Virus record (IMG/VR): IMGVR_UViG_3300002091_000047
Location: 1 to 46,324 of that record
Direction: 5' to 3' (one strand)
DNA: 46,324 bases
From: a virus
Lineage: Duplodnaviria > Caudoviricetes
This document shows positions 18,463 through 27,939 of the stretch, piece by piece (the stretch's first letter is position 1; each line of letters opens with the position of its first letter). The translations under genes and the position numbers were made by a program. Below the pieces are notes generated by a model. That model saw only the letters and a program-made list of their open reading frames with translations, did not search any database and was not told where the DNA came from.

Positions 18463-20126
18463 TGAAAAAATTATACTATATATTATTTTTAATAACATCC
18501 TTTATGTGGGGTCAAAATTTCACATATTCAGGATACATCTATAATGCTAATGGTGTTGGTGCTCAAAATGTTGCGGTTAAATTATACCAAAGAATCACCC
18601 CAACATTAAACGGTTTTACTTCACAAACCAATTATAATGGACATTCATATTATCGTTCTACCGGAACAGCTACTTGGACTCAGGCACAATCCAATTGTTC
18701 AGCAATGAATGGTCATTTAGTTACTATGTCAAATGCCGCTGAAAATACATTTGTATATAATACTTGGCCGAGTGGTTGGATTGGGTACTATCAAGACAAA
18801 ACAGGGGCATTTTATTCAGAACCTAATGGTGGATGGAGATGGACAGAAAATTATGTGACAACTAATCAAGTTTCAGATTATGATGTTAATTCTTATTCTT
18901 CAGGAAATATATTAACCGATATAAAATCAGGTATAAATACAACATTATATAATTCACCTACTTATACTAGTACGGGAGGAAAGTATTTGACCTTCAATGG
19001 GTCAAATCAATACGGTATTACAGGAAATTTAGCATCAAATTTTACATCAACAAAAGTTTCTTTATTAGTTTGGGTCTATCCAACAGGAAATGGAGTAATC
19101 GTTGACGAATTAGGTGTTGGGAATACTTCTTCGGGATGGCACGATTCTCAAATAGAAATCACCGGGGGGAACACTCTTAGATGTGGGATATGGAATAACG
19201 CAATGGTACAAGTTTCAACATCCATTACCTTAAATACTTGGCATTTAGTGGGATTTACGTATGATGGAACAACATTAACCGGATATAAAGACGGTGTTGC
19301 ATTTGCCACCCTTACAACCGATAGACAAGCACCATATTATAATGGTAACGGATTATATTATGCAATAGGTTTATCTGATTTTACAAATATGGGGTCAGGT
19401 GCATACGGTAACTTCAGATTAGGTGATTTTCAAGTTTATTCTAACGCATTGACTGCGGATGAGATGAATCGAAATTTTATGTCAACAGCTTGGAGATTTG
19501 GAGTATACCCTTATTCCAATTGGAATGGTGGTGAACCTAATAATTCCGGAGGTGAAGACTACATACAATTTGTTGGTGGAGGATTATGGAATGATTTAAA
19601 TAATAATAACTCATTAAATTATGTATTAGAATTTGATTATATATTAACAACAAGTCCTTGGGTATTATATAAAACCATTTACACAGACTCAAGTGGGAAA
19701 TATACCGTAAATGAGATTACCAATCCTTCAATTGAATGGTACCTACAAATCGATACTCCAACACCTTCAATAACTGTACAAAATACTGATGCTTATACTG
19801 CAAATTCTAAAGCAATTTCAAGAACGTTCACCGCAATGGATTATTATAAATATGATGTAAATAATGACGGTAAAATTGATATATCTGACACGTATTACAT
19901 TTTTATGCGGAAAATAGGTAGATTCACTAGTTGGTATTCACCATTACCTAATATAAGGATTTTTACACCAACTGAATATAATACCATTAACACCTCAACA
20001 ACTGATTTACGAACAACGTATCCGGGAGTTCAAAGTATAACTATAAATTCACCGGTAAGTGGGGGGTCATCAAACTATTATATTGTAAACACCGGTTATT
20101 CAAATTCAACTTCAATCGGATATTAA
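18462..20126 (+). CDS. secreted C-type lectin + LamG + dockerin-like protein
   Basis: YNGHSYY..TWTQAQSNC..GHLVT; WHLVGFTYDGTTLTGYKDG (LamG); WNGGEPNN..EDY..WNDL; YDVNNDGKIDISD. Confidence 0.8.
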   Translation: MKKLYYILFLITSFMWGQNFTYSGYIYNANGVGAQNVAVKLYQRITPTLNGFTSQTNYNGHSYYRSTGTATWTQAQSNCSAMNGHLVTMSNAAENTFVYNTWPSGWIGYYQDKTGAFYSEPNGGWRWTENYVTTNQVSDYDVNSYSSGNILTDIKSGINTTLYNSPTYTSTGGKYLTFNGSNQYGITGNLASNFTSTKVSLLVWVYPTGNGVIVDELGVGNTSSGWHDSQIEITGGNTLRCGIWNNAMVQVSTSITLNTWHLVGFTYDGTTLTGYKDGVAFATLTTDRQAPYYNGNGLYYAIGLSDFTNMGSGAYGNFRLGDFQVYSNALTADEMNRNFMSTAWRFGVYPYSNWNGGEPNNSGGEDYIQFVGGGLWNDLNNNNSLNYVLEFDYILTTSPWVLYKTIYTDSSGKYTVNEITNPSIEWYLQIDTPTPSITVQNTDAYTANSKAISRTFTAMDYYKYDVNNDGKIDISDTYYIFMRKIGRFTSWYSPLPNIRIFTPTEYNTINTSTTDLRTTYPGVQSITINSPVSGGSSNYYIVNTGYSNSTSIGY

Positions 20127-20166
20127 GATATTTATGAATAAATAAACAATTGTAAAATTAAAAATT

Positions 20167-20997
20167 ATGTTATTAAAAGTAGGCTCAAAAGGAGACGATG
20201 TTAAAAAACTACAGGCTAAATTAGGAACCGCTGCGGACGGAACTTTTGGACCTGGTACAGAAAAATTGGTTAAAGAATGGCAATCCAAAAATGGATTAAC
20301 TGCTGACGGAATTGTTGGTGATGGAACTTGGGCAAAAATGTTTGCTGGTGAAGTGATAAAAGAAGATATTGTTATTTCTGCGGCACCTTCAGGAAGTGGA
20401 TTTAAACTTGATAGTTTAAAAGGTCACGTTCCGGATGCGGTAATCGCTCAGATTCCTGACACTGCAAAAAAATTCAATATTACTAACCCATTAAGATTGG
20501 CTCACTTCTTGGCTCAATGTGGTCACGAATCAGGTGGATTTAAAGCGGTATCAGAAAATGTTAACTATTCTGCGGATGGTCTTAAAAAGATATTCCCAAA
20601 ATACTTTCCTGGTAACTTAGCAGAATCTTACGCAAGAAACCCTGAAAAAATTGCATCAAAGGTATATGGTGGAAGAATGGGTAATGGAGATGAATCAACA
20701 AAAGATGGTTTTAAATTCAGAGGAAGAGGTTATATCCAATTAACAGGAAAAGATAACTATAAAAACTTCGCAAAATTCATTGGAGAAGATACTATCGCAA
20801 ACCCTGATTTGGTTGCGACAAAATATCCATTGGCTTCAGCGGCATTCTTCTTTGACTCAAATAAATTATGGGCTATCTGTGATAAAGGAGCGGATGATGC
20901 TACAGTAACTGCGGTTACAAAAAGAGTAAATGGTGCGACTATCGGATTACCTGATAGAATAAAACACTTCAAAGAATACTATAACTTATTAAAGTAA
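20167..20997 (+). CDS. endolysin: PG_binding_1 + glycoside hydrolase family 19
   Basis: LLKVGSKGDDVKKLQ..DGIVG; HFLAQCGHESGGF, FRGRGYIQLTGKDNY, TKRVNG. Confidence 0.9.
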   Translation: MLLKVGSKGDDVKKLQAKLGTAADGTFGPGTEKLVKEWQSKNGLTADGIVGDGTWAKMFAGEVIKEDIVISAAPSGSGFKLDSLKGHVPDAVIAQIPDTAKKFNITNPLRLAHFLAQCGHESGGFKAVSENVNYSADGLKKIFPKYFPGNLAESYARNPEKIASKVYGGRMGNGDESTKDGFKFRGRGYIQLTGKDNYKNFAKFIGEDTIANPDLVATKYPLASAAFFFDSNKLWAICDKGADDATVTAVTKRVNGATIGLPDRIKHFKEYYNLLK

Positions 20998-21003
20998 TAA
21001 ACT

Positions 21004-21031
21004 AACCCCCCTCCAAAAAGAGGGGTTTTTT
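21004..21031. terminator. intrinsic terminator
   Basis: CCCCT-CCAAAAAG-AGGGG followed by a T-run. Confidence 0.7.
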
Positions 21032-21034
21032 ATT

Positions 21035-21727
21035 TTAAGATAGTTCCTTAGACATATTGATTGCTGCTTGCAGACATTCTTCAAAATTCTCAATAATTTT
21101 TCTACCTCTTTTATTGTAAGGCATTACATAAGCAATTCCGGATTTAATCATCCATCTTTTATCTAAGTCATCACCTTCGTCATATAACTTAAGATATCTG
21201 TTTTCCCAACCAGCCCATTCCCACTCTTCGTAGTCCTCTGAAAATGGTTTATAAAATGGGTCAAATAATCTATCACCAATTTTAAATGTTTGACCACCTC
21301 TGTGAGTGTATCCGTGATATCCAATTAGTTCATTATTATCATCATATACTTCAGCAACTCCGTGATGGTATTTTTCACATACCTTCATATTGTTTTTGTA
21401 ATACCACCAACCTCTTTCAATATCACCAACATATCTATCGTCTTTAGTTAAAAATGAATTTGGTAAATGTTGTTCTCTTTTTAAATCAGGTGTATCACCA
21501 AAATAGTGGGAGTCAATTTTACCATTGGTATGTCTATCAATAAGATATTTACATTGGGGATTGATTACCCATCCTGCGGATGTTCTAACGGGTGTGATTC
21601 TTGAAACCAATTTTGTAAATCCTAAATCCAAATGGATTTTATTTAATTTTGATTTTCCGGTGTACTCGGGGAATTTCTCAAATTTTAATCTAAGTTTTCC
21701 GATGTAAGGTGTGGTATTTTTTATCAT
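21035..21727 (-). CDS. hypothetical protein
   Basis: 230-aa aromatic-rich ORF. Confidence 0.75.
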   Translation of the reverse strand: MIKNTTPYIGKLRLKFEKFPEYTGKSKLNKIHLDLGFTKLVSRITPVRTSAGWVINPQCKYLIDRHTNGKIDSHYFGDTPDLKREQHLPNSFLTKDDRYVGDIERGWWYYKNNMKVCEKYHHGVAEVYDDNNELIGYHGYTHRGGQTFKIGDRLFDPFYKPFSEDYEEWEWAGWENRYLKLYDEGDDLDKRWMIKSGIAYVMPYNKRGRKIIENFEECLQAAINMSKELS

Positions 21728-21775
21728 AATGAAAGATTTTATGTAATGATATGAAATTTCAAACTATTTATCAAT

Positions 21776-22015
21776 ATGAAATTAATAATTACAGAGTCTC
21801 AGATGAAAAAAATTGAAGAAGGTATCTTTTGGGATGAGGAGAACTTAAATGCGTTAAAAGGTATTACGGGAACCAAACAACAAAAAGAAGTCTTTAATGT
21901 TGAGGTAATGGAACCATTTTCAATAACAATGACGGATTCAATCCAATATCATAGATTAGTTTATATATTAAGAACAAATGGTATTAAATTTAAAGCTAAG
22001 GTTGATAAAATATGA
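21776..22015 (+). CDS. hypothetical protein with MKLIITESQ leader
   Basis: N-terminal nine residues identical to the next gene. Confidence 0.7.
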   Translation: MKLIITESQMKKIEEGIFWDEENLNALKGITGTKQQKEVFNVEVMEPFSITMTDSIQYHRLVYILRTNGIKFKAKVDKI

Positions 22016-22470
22016 AACTAATTATTACTGAATCACAATATAAAAAGATTATCAAAGAGGATACTCAATTGGAATACACCAGCGAATTTTTGGATGGTGT
22101 TACGGTTGTTGTAGTATTTGAGGAAGACCCACTATATGAACAAGTTAAAGAATATTTTGAAGAATATGGGTTTGGGTTTATGGTTCCCGGTAAGAATCTA
22201 ATCATTATTGATGGTGAGATATTGACGGGACAACCGGATGCTAAAAGTTTATTAAAATTTATTGAGGCTCACGAGGTTACCCACGTATTATTAAGTCACG
22301 ATGGACCAAGAGACGCTAAGGATGAGTTGGAAGCTGACTTGGGGGCTTACCTATTATTACAAGATAAAGGATACTACGAATCAATCCGTACATTATTAGA
22401 CCACTTCCAAGAAAGACACGGAGTTGAGTTTGATGAGAGTATGTTGGAAGACATAAAAGAAAGAATGTAA
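22012..22470 (+). CDS. zincin-like metallopeptidase with MKLIITESQ leader
   Basis: AHEVTH...ELEAD. Confidence 0.7.
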   Translation: MKLIITESQYKKIIKEDTQLEYTSEFLDGVTVVVVFEEDPLYEQVKEYFEEYGFGFMVPGKNLIIIDGEILTGQPDAKSLLKFIEAHEVTHVLLSHDGPRDAKDELEADLGAYLLLQDKGYYESIRTLLDHFQERHGVEFDESMLEDIKERM

Positions 22471-22472
22471 TC

Positions 22473-22538
22473 AACCTGACATAATAACAATTTAACCTGA
22501 CAATATGTCATGGTTTTTAGTTTGGTATAGTTTTTAAT
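22473..22538 (+). promoter_or_regulatory. putative dnaK regulatory site
   Basis: AACCTGACA twice (22473, 22494), TGACA-ATA-TGTCA palindrome, then TTTGGTATAGTTTTTAA. Confidence 0.45.
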
Positions 22539-22602
22539 ATAATGGAAGTGTGCTTGACACATTAAAAATAAACACATATATTTTAACAAAACTTATTAAA
22601 CT

Positions 22603-23181
22603 ATGGGAAAAATTCTAGGAATTGATTTGGGTACCACAAATTCGTGTTGTGCCATTATGGAGGGAGGCGAACCCGTAATTATCGCAAATTCAGAAGGAAA
22701 AAGAACAACACCTTCAATCATCGGTTTCATCAACGACGGAGAAAGAAAAGTTGGTGACCCAGCAAAAAGACAAGCGGTAACCAATCCGACAAAAACAATC
22801 TCTTCTATCAAACGTTTTATGGGTTCTACCTATGACGAAAGTAAAAAAGAGATTGACAAAGTCCCTTATTCTGTCATTAACGAAGGTTCTCAACCAAGAG
22901 TGCTGATTGATGATAGAAAATATTCACCACAAGAATTATCAGCAATCATTTTACAAAAAATGAAACAAACAGCTGAGGACTATTTGGGTGAATCGGTAAC
23001 TGAAGCTGTAATCACCGTTCCTGCTTACTTTAACGATGCCCAACGTCAGGCGACAAAGGAAGCTGGTGAAATTGCCGGATTAAATGTTCGTCGTATAATA
23101 AATGAACCGACATCCGCAGCGTTAGCTTATGGTCTAGACAAAAAAGGTGATAGTAAAATTGTTGTGTTTGACTGCGGTGGT
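22603..23181 (+). CDS. dnaK: DnaK/Hsp70 exon 1
   Basis: [24 protein letters not shown]; ends VFDCGG. Confidence 0.95.
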
Positions 23182-23539
23182 GAAATTCACGCCTCCGCGT
23201 ATTAATTTATTAATATGTAAAATTAAAAATCGGTAAATTGACGGGGAACCCCTTAGAGTTTGACTAACCAAACTATAATAGTGATATGTATAGTGGCTGA
23301 ATTAACTACTCAGGTATGGTAAAATAAGTTAAAATTGGGAAATCCGCAGCGAAGTGTCTTAGTGATAAGATGAACGTTCAACGACTAGGTAAAGTAATCT
23401 TAGTATTTAAGAAAAAATACCCACGAAAACCGATAATAGGTGGAACTTGTAAAAAAGTTTTTTACATCTATTAAGATATAGTCTGGACTACGATGAAAGT
23501 CATAGAGGTTAGGATAAAGAGCCTAACGATAACAAAACG
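23182..23539 (+). mobile_element. group I intron (358 nt, no ORF)
   Basis: P1 GCGGTGGT/GCCTCCGC with U-G at the splice site; AATCCGCAGC (Q), GTTCAACGACTA (R), AAGATATAGTC (S); terminal G at 23539. Confidence 0.93.
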
Positions 23540-24823
23540 GGAACTCACGATGTATCAGTATTAGACTTAGGTGGTGGTGTATTTGAGGTATTATCTACCG
23601 ATGGAGACACTCACTTAGGAGGGGACGACTTTGACAGAGTCATTATTGATTTCTTGGTTGAGGAATTTAAGAACGATAATGGTGGATTAGACATCTCAAA
23701 AGACGCTATGGCATTACAAAGGTTAAGAGAAGGTGCTGAGAAGGCGAAGGTTGAATTATCTTCATCACCCCAAACTGAAATCAACTTACCTTATTTAAGT
23801 GCTGATGCGACCGGACCAAAACACTTGGTGAAAACATTAACAAGAGCGAAGTTTGAACAACTTGCTTCTGAGTTAATCAAAAGAACTATTGACCCTTGTA
23901 AAACGGCATTGAAAAACGCGAAACTTAAAGTTTCCGATATTGATGAGATTATCCTTGTTGGTGGAACAACAAGAATCCCGGCAATACAAGATGCGGTTAA
24001 GAAGTTCTTTGGTAAAGAACCATCAAAAGGTGTTAATCCGGATGAGGTTGTCGCTTTGGGTGCGGCTATTCAGGGAGGTGTATTGGCTGGTGATGTGAAA
24101 GACGTGTTGTTATTAGACGTAACACCACTTTCATTAGGTATTGAAACAATGGGTGGTATTTTAACACGACTTATTGAGGCAAATACCACAATCCCAACCA
24201 AAAAGTCACAAGTGTTCTCAACAGCTGTTGACAACCAGCCAAGTGTAGAAATTCACGTTCTGCAGGGAGAGAGACCAATGGCAAAAGACAACAGAACAAT
24301 GGGTAGATTCCATTTAGATGGATTACCACCGGCGATGAGGGGAACTCCTCAGATAGAAGTTGTATTTGATGTGAATGCGGACGGTATAATTAATGTTTCT
24401 GCGGTTGATAAAGCCACAAACAAAACACAATCAATTAGAATTGAATCTTCATCAAGTTTATCTCAAGAAGAAATTGAAAGAATGAGAGCTGAAGCTGAAG
24501 AAAACGCTGAGGCTGACAAAAAACTTAAAGAGGATGTGGATACATTAAATTCTGCGGACAACCTGATATTCCAAACAGGTAAATCTTTAACTGATTTAGA
24601 GGGTAAGATTTCTGAAGAACAAAAAACAGAAATAACAACTCTTCTTGATACTTTGAAAGAATCTCATTCTAATAAAGATGTTGAAAGTTGTAAAACACTT
24701 ATGGATGAATTAACCCAAAAATTCCAATCCATAACTCAAGATTTATACAATAGTGTAAATGAGAGTGAAAATAATGATTCGGGTAATTCGGCTTCAGACG
24801 TAGAGTATGAAGAAGTAAAGTAA
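23540..24823 (+). CDS. dnaK: DnaK/Hsp70 exon 2 (spliced product 620 aa)
   Basis: [32 protein letters not shown] in frame with ORF 23654; [14 protein letters not shown]. Confidence 0.95.
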   Translation, partial: GTHDVSVLDLGGGVFEVLSTDGDTHLGGDDFDRVIIDFLVEEFKNDNGGLDISKDAMALQRLREGAEKAKVELSSSPQTEINLPYLSADATGPKHLVKTLTRAKFEQLASELIKRTIDPCKTALKNAKLKVSDIDEIILVGGTTRIPAIQDAVKKFFGKEPSKGVNPDEVVALGAAIQGGVLAGDVKDVLLLDVTPLSLGIETMGGILTRLIEANTTIPTKKSQVFSTAVDNQPSVEIHVLQGERPMAKDNRTMGRFHLDGLPPAMRGTPQIEVVFDVNADGIINVSAVDKATNKTQSIRIESSSSLSQEEIERMRAEAEENAEADKKLKEDVDTLNSADNLIFQTGKSLTDLEGKISEEQKTEITTLLDTLKESHSNKDVESCKTLMDELTQKFQSITQDLYNSVNESENNDSGNSASDVEYEEVK

Positions 24824-24830
24824 TTTTATT

Positions 24831-24855
24831 AAAAGGAGATTTAGGTCTCCTTTTT
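24831..24855. terminator. bidirectional terminator
   Basis: AAAAGGAGA-TTTAGG-TCTCCTTTT. Confidence 0.7.
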
Positions 24856-25836
24856 CTTTTTATTTATTGAACATTGTTTACATCCTTGTCCCGACATATG
24901 ATTTTTTGTGGATTGTTCAAAATCCTGATGAATAGGGCAAGTTATTATTAATTTATTAAAAATACCGGTATATATTGAGTTTTTATAACCATAATAACCA
25001 TTATGTATTATGTTAGATTTTGTAATAAAATATTCGGTGTCTTTTTTTCTATGTTTAGAACAATTAGGACAACCATTTGATTTTAAGTGAGTTTCTGGAG
25101 TTTGTAGAAATGTTCCGTGAATTGGACAAATTATTGAAACATTAGTTCTATTATTAATATATTTAACATCTGAATAATTATAATAATTATTGAATCGTAT
25201 ATTTGACAGTTCAATAAAAGTAGTGTTGGTTAATTTTTTATTCCCTGAACACGAAGGACATCCTTGTCCATTTGAGTGAGGTTTTAACCCCTGTTCAAAA
25301 GTTCCGTGAATTGGACAAATTATTTTAACTTTTGAATATGTGTTTTTATAATCGACTAATGAATAATCATATTTATTATTGTGTATTTTGATTGATTTTT
25401 CAATAAAATCATCTTTTCTTATTGTTAATGTTTTACTATAATTTTTTTGTATTGATACTGATAATTTATTTATAGTATCAGTAGTTTTAATAAACCCCGA
25501 ACTTCCTTCACCACCATTAGTTAAATTAGTTAAAGTTCCATTATTTCCAATTCTGCCAATTAACTCAATAAAATATTTTTCATATTCAAAAGATTTTTCT
25601 TCAGTTAAATCACTTTTAATTATTTTATATTCGGGAGTTAACCCGGATTCAATAATTGATTGTAGTTTACTATAAAATCTATTATTGTTAGTTTTATAAA
25701 GGGTTAAATGTCTTTGAGGTCTGTTTGGTTTTCCCTTACCGATATAGATTGGTTCGTAGTCAAATTTAAAATTATCAAATAAAAAAATACCCGGTTTTCT
25801 TGGGTCTAAATAACAATAAACAACATAATTATCCAT
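24841..25836 (-). CDS. GIY-YIG-like endonuclease with three CPIH...GCxxC zinc-finger repeats
   Basis: YCYLDPRK..IYIGKG..R, NLTNGGEG; three (Y)DYS..Y....K..IICPIH..F.Q....H..G.GC..C repeats. Confidence 0.75.
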   Translation of the reverse strand: MDNYVVYCYLDPRKPGIFLFDNFKFDYEPIYIGKGKPNRPQRHLTLYKTNNNRFYSKLQSIIESGLTPEYKIIKSDLTEEKSFEYEKYFIELIGRIGNNGTLTNLTNGGEGSSGFIKTTDTINKLSVSIQKNYSKTLTIRKDDFIEKSIKIHNNKYDYSLVDYKNTYSKVKIICPIHGTFEQGLKPHSNGQGCPSCSGNKKLTNTTFIELSNIRFNNYYNYSDVKYINNRTNVSIICPIHGTFLQTPETHLKSNGCPNCSKHRKKDTEYFITKSNIIHNGYYGYKNSIYTGIFNKLIITCPIHQDFEQSTKNHMSGQGCKQCSINKKKKET

Positions 25837-25931
25837 AATTTATTATAATAATCCTTATATCTATAAATATCAAGAAAAATATTTTTTTATATGAATTTTT
25901 TGTTTATCTTTGTCCCATAAAATTAAATATT

Positions 25932-26093
25932 ATGACTAATACTGAGAGATTTTTTAGGTTTCAGGGGTTCTATGTATCCCGAAGTGGTATATTACACACA
26001 AAGACATTATTTGCGAGATTCATTGCAAATATGGGTGTCAGAGATGGTAATTTCATCTATTTAGGTAAAAATATGTACAAACTAAATAAATAA
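25932..26093 (+). CDS. small hypothetical protein (53 aa, not in ORF track)
   Basis: ORF after the TATCTTTG box at 25905. Confidence 0.55.
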   Translation: MTNTERFFRFQGFYVSRSGILHTKTLFARFIANMGVRDGNFIYLGKNMYKLNK

Positions 26094-26095
26094 GA

Positions 26096-26317
26096 ATGAA
26101 AGTTACAGAATTTTTAGATTGGATTGTTGCAATGAATTTCCAACATTACAAAACAGAGTCATTTCCTGATTATACACCGGATGGTTCATCACATTTTTAC
26201 ATACTTGGAAGTCCGGAAAGATTTACAAGTGAGGAATTAGAGAATATTTACACAGGTAAAATGAGTGATGAATTACGTGACCGATGGAATTGGGCGTTAA
26301 CTGATAAAAACAAATAG
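26096..26317 (+). CDS. hypothetical protein
   Basis: Part of a tandem small-gene run. Confidence 0.65.
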   Translation: MKVTEFLDWIVAMNFQHYKTESFPDYTPDGSSHFYILGSPERFTSEELENIYTGKMSDELRDRWNWALTDKNK

Positions 26318-26320
26318 ATT

Positions 26321-26731
26321 ATGAAAGGAACATTAAAAATTAGTTCGTCCGGTTGGTGGGTTTGGTATGATAAACCCGTTGATGAGGTTTCCACGACGTA
26401 TGAGTCAATTCAGTTACATCCAAAGGCTACCGAGGGGTGGTCGGTGATAGAACGTGAGGATTTCTTCAAAAAATTTGTTAATAAAGAAATTGATTTTGAA
26501 ATCATTAATGGGGTTGTTACCGGAGAATTTAGTGGGTTTGGTGGATACGTTAATTATAATGTCCAATACGCAAAACCAATTAAACCAAAATTTGATTGGG
26601 AATATTGGAAACACAGATGTTTGGCTGCCGAGAAGTTTATTATGGAAAAAAATAAAGAAGAAGATTGGACACTTGATAATGAGATGGATGCGTATTACGA
26701 ATGGGAAAAATGGGTAAAAGATGAAAGGTAA
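26321..26731 (+). CDS. hypothetical protein
   Basis: Trp-rich; N-terminus MKGTLKI..GWWV resembles the next gene. Confidence 0.7.
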   Translation: MKGTLKISSSGWWVWYDKPVDEVSTTYESIQLHPKATEGWSVIEREDFFKKFVNKEIDFEIINGVVTGEFSGFGGYVNYNVQYAKPIKPKFDWEYWKHRCLAAEKFIMEKNKEEDWTLDNEMDAYYEWEKWVKDER

Positions 26732-27302
26732 ATTAAATAAAATAAATGGAAAGTGGTTTGTTGAATATTCAACATCTTCATACAGTGGTGGTAATCCAAA
26801 ACAATTAGGTAGTTACACTAAAAAAGTGGAACAAAAAAGATTAGAATTAACACCTAATAATCAACGTTATATGAATTGTTTTCTTTTTGTTGATAAGGAT
26901 ACTCGTGTAGATTTTAAGGAAGTATTTATTAATCCTATGGGTAGAGAAGTTGACCCAAATAATTTAGGTCAAAATCATTCAGGTTGTGTGTGGTATGCCG
27001 AACTAACTTATGATGAGGATGGAGTTAAGGATGAACAAAAACAACATCTAATTGATATAATGGAATCTGATGAAGAATTGGGTTTATATGATGAATCTCG
27101 AGAAATTCAATTTGAGGGTGTTTTCAATGAGGAGAAAAAAGAAAAGATTAAAGAATTTATTTCCAATTACCCAAAATCAATAACTATTGATGAGTTAATT
27201 GACCGTTATATTGAAGAAACCGGATATGGTATGGATATGTGGAGTAAAGAAGAAACAAATACATTTACAACAATAAAAAATATATTATATGGACGTAATT
27301 AA
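26721..27302 (+). CDS. hypothetical protein
   Basis: MKGKLNKINGKWFV N-terminus. Confidence 0.7.
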   Translation: MKGKLNKINGKWFVEYSTSSYSGGNPKQLGSYTKKVEQKRLELTPNNQRYMNCFLFVDKDTRVDFKEVFINPMGREVDPNNLGQNHSGCVWYAELTYDEDGVKDEQKQHLIDIMESDEELGLYDESREIQFEGVFNEEKKEKIKEFISNYPKSITIDELIDRYIEETGYGMDMWSKEETNTFTTIKNILYGRN

Positions 27303-27549
27303 CAATTATTGGTGTTGTGAGATTGGACCACTACACGAGGGTGAAAGTATTGGTGATTGGCCGTTAAGGTCTGTAGTGAAAGATAAATTTGAAGAGTTAA
27401 CGGGTAGGGATGCCCTAACCTGTTCTTCCGGGTGGGGATTAACATACGAAATTATGGAAATAAATTCTTTAATTAGAATTTTACATTTAACAGACCCTTC
27501 AGGGGAGAAGTTAAGAAAAATAAAAGACATATTGTATGAAAGAAAATAA
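27289..27549 (+). CDS. hypothetical protein
   Basis: 86-aa ORF. Confidence 0.65.
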   Translation: MDVINNYWCCEIGPLHEGESIGDWPLRSVVKDKFEELTGRDALTCSSGWGLTYEIMEINSLIRILHLTDPSGEKLRKIKDILYERK

Positions 27550-27651
27550 CAAACCAAGAGTGTATACTTCAGAAATATTAAAAGATATGATATCAAAAAT
27601 TACACCGGAAGAGGAGGAAGAAGACGATGAAGATGATTTTACAATAAAAAT

Positions 27652-27939
27652 ATGATAAGTCCCGAACAATTACAAGAAGGGTGGGTTAAATTTAGTAGAA
27701 TCCCCTGTGTAGAAGGATGTATTGATGTTTGGTATGGTGATTGTGCTCATAACCCAAATAGTGAAATTAAACCACAATGGAATTTAAATAGTTTCAGAAC
27801 CTATGTCAGATTAAATGGTGAGGGTAAATGGTTTAGTAATGGTTATAGAAGAGGTTTAAAGAGTTTTACTATGGAAATGGGTGAAGTCTCAACATCACAG
27901 GAAATTTGGGACGAAATAAGTAAATATAACGAAGAATGA
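27652..27939 (+). CDS. hypothetical protein
   Basis: 95-aa ORF. Confidence 0.65.
   Translation: MISPEQLQEGWVKFSRIPCVEGCIDVWYGDCAHNPNSEIKPQWNLNSFRTYVRLNGEGKWFSNGYRRGLKSFTMEMGEVSTSQEIWDEISKYNEE

Noticed and set aside
18462-20126. Diversity-generating retroelement target (C-type lectin fold)
   Set aside because: No reverse transcriptase and no TR/VR repeat pair seen in the window
22603-24823. dnaK as a pseudogene or two separate genes (ORFs 22603-23205 and 23654-24823)
   Set aside because: The intervening sequence has full group I intron hallmarks, and splicing restores an intact frame
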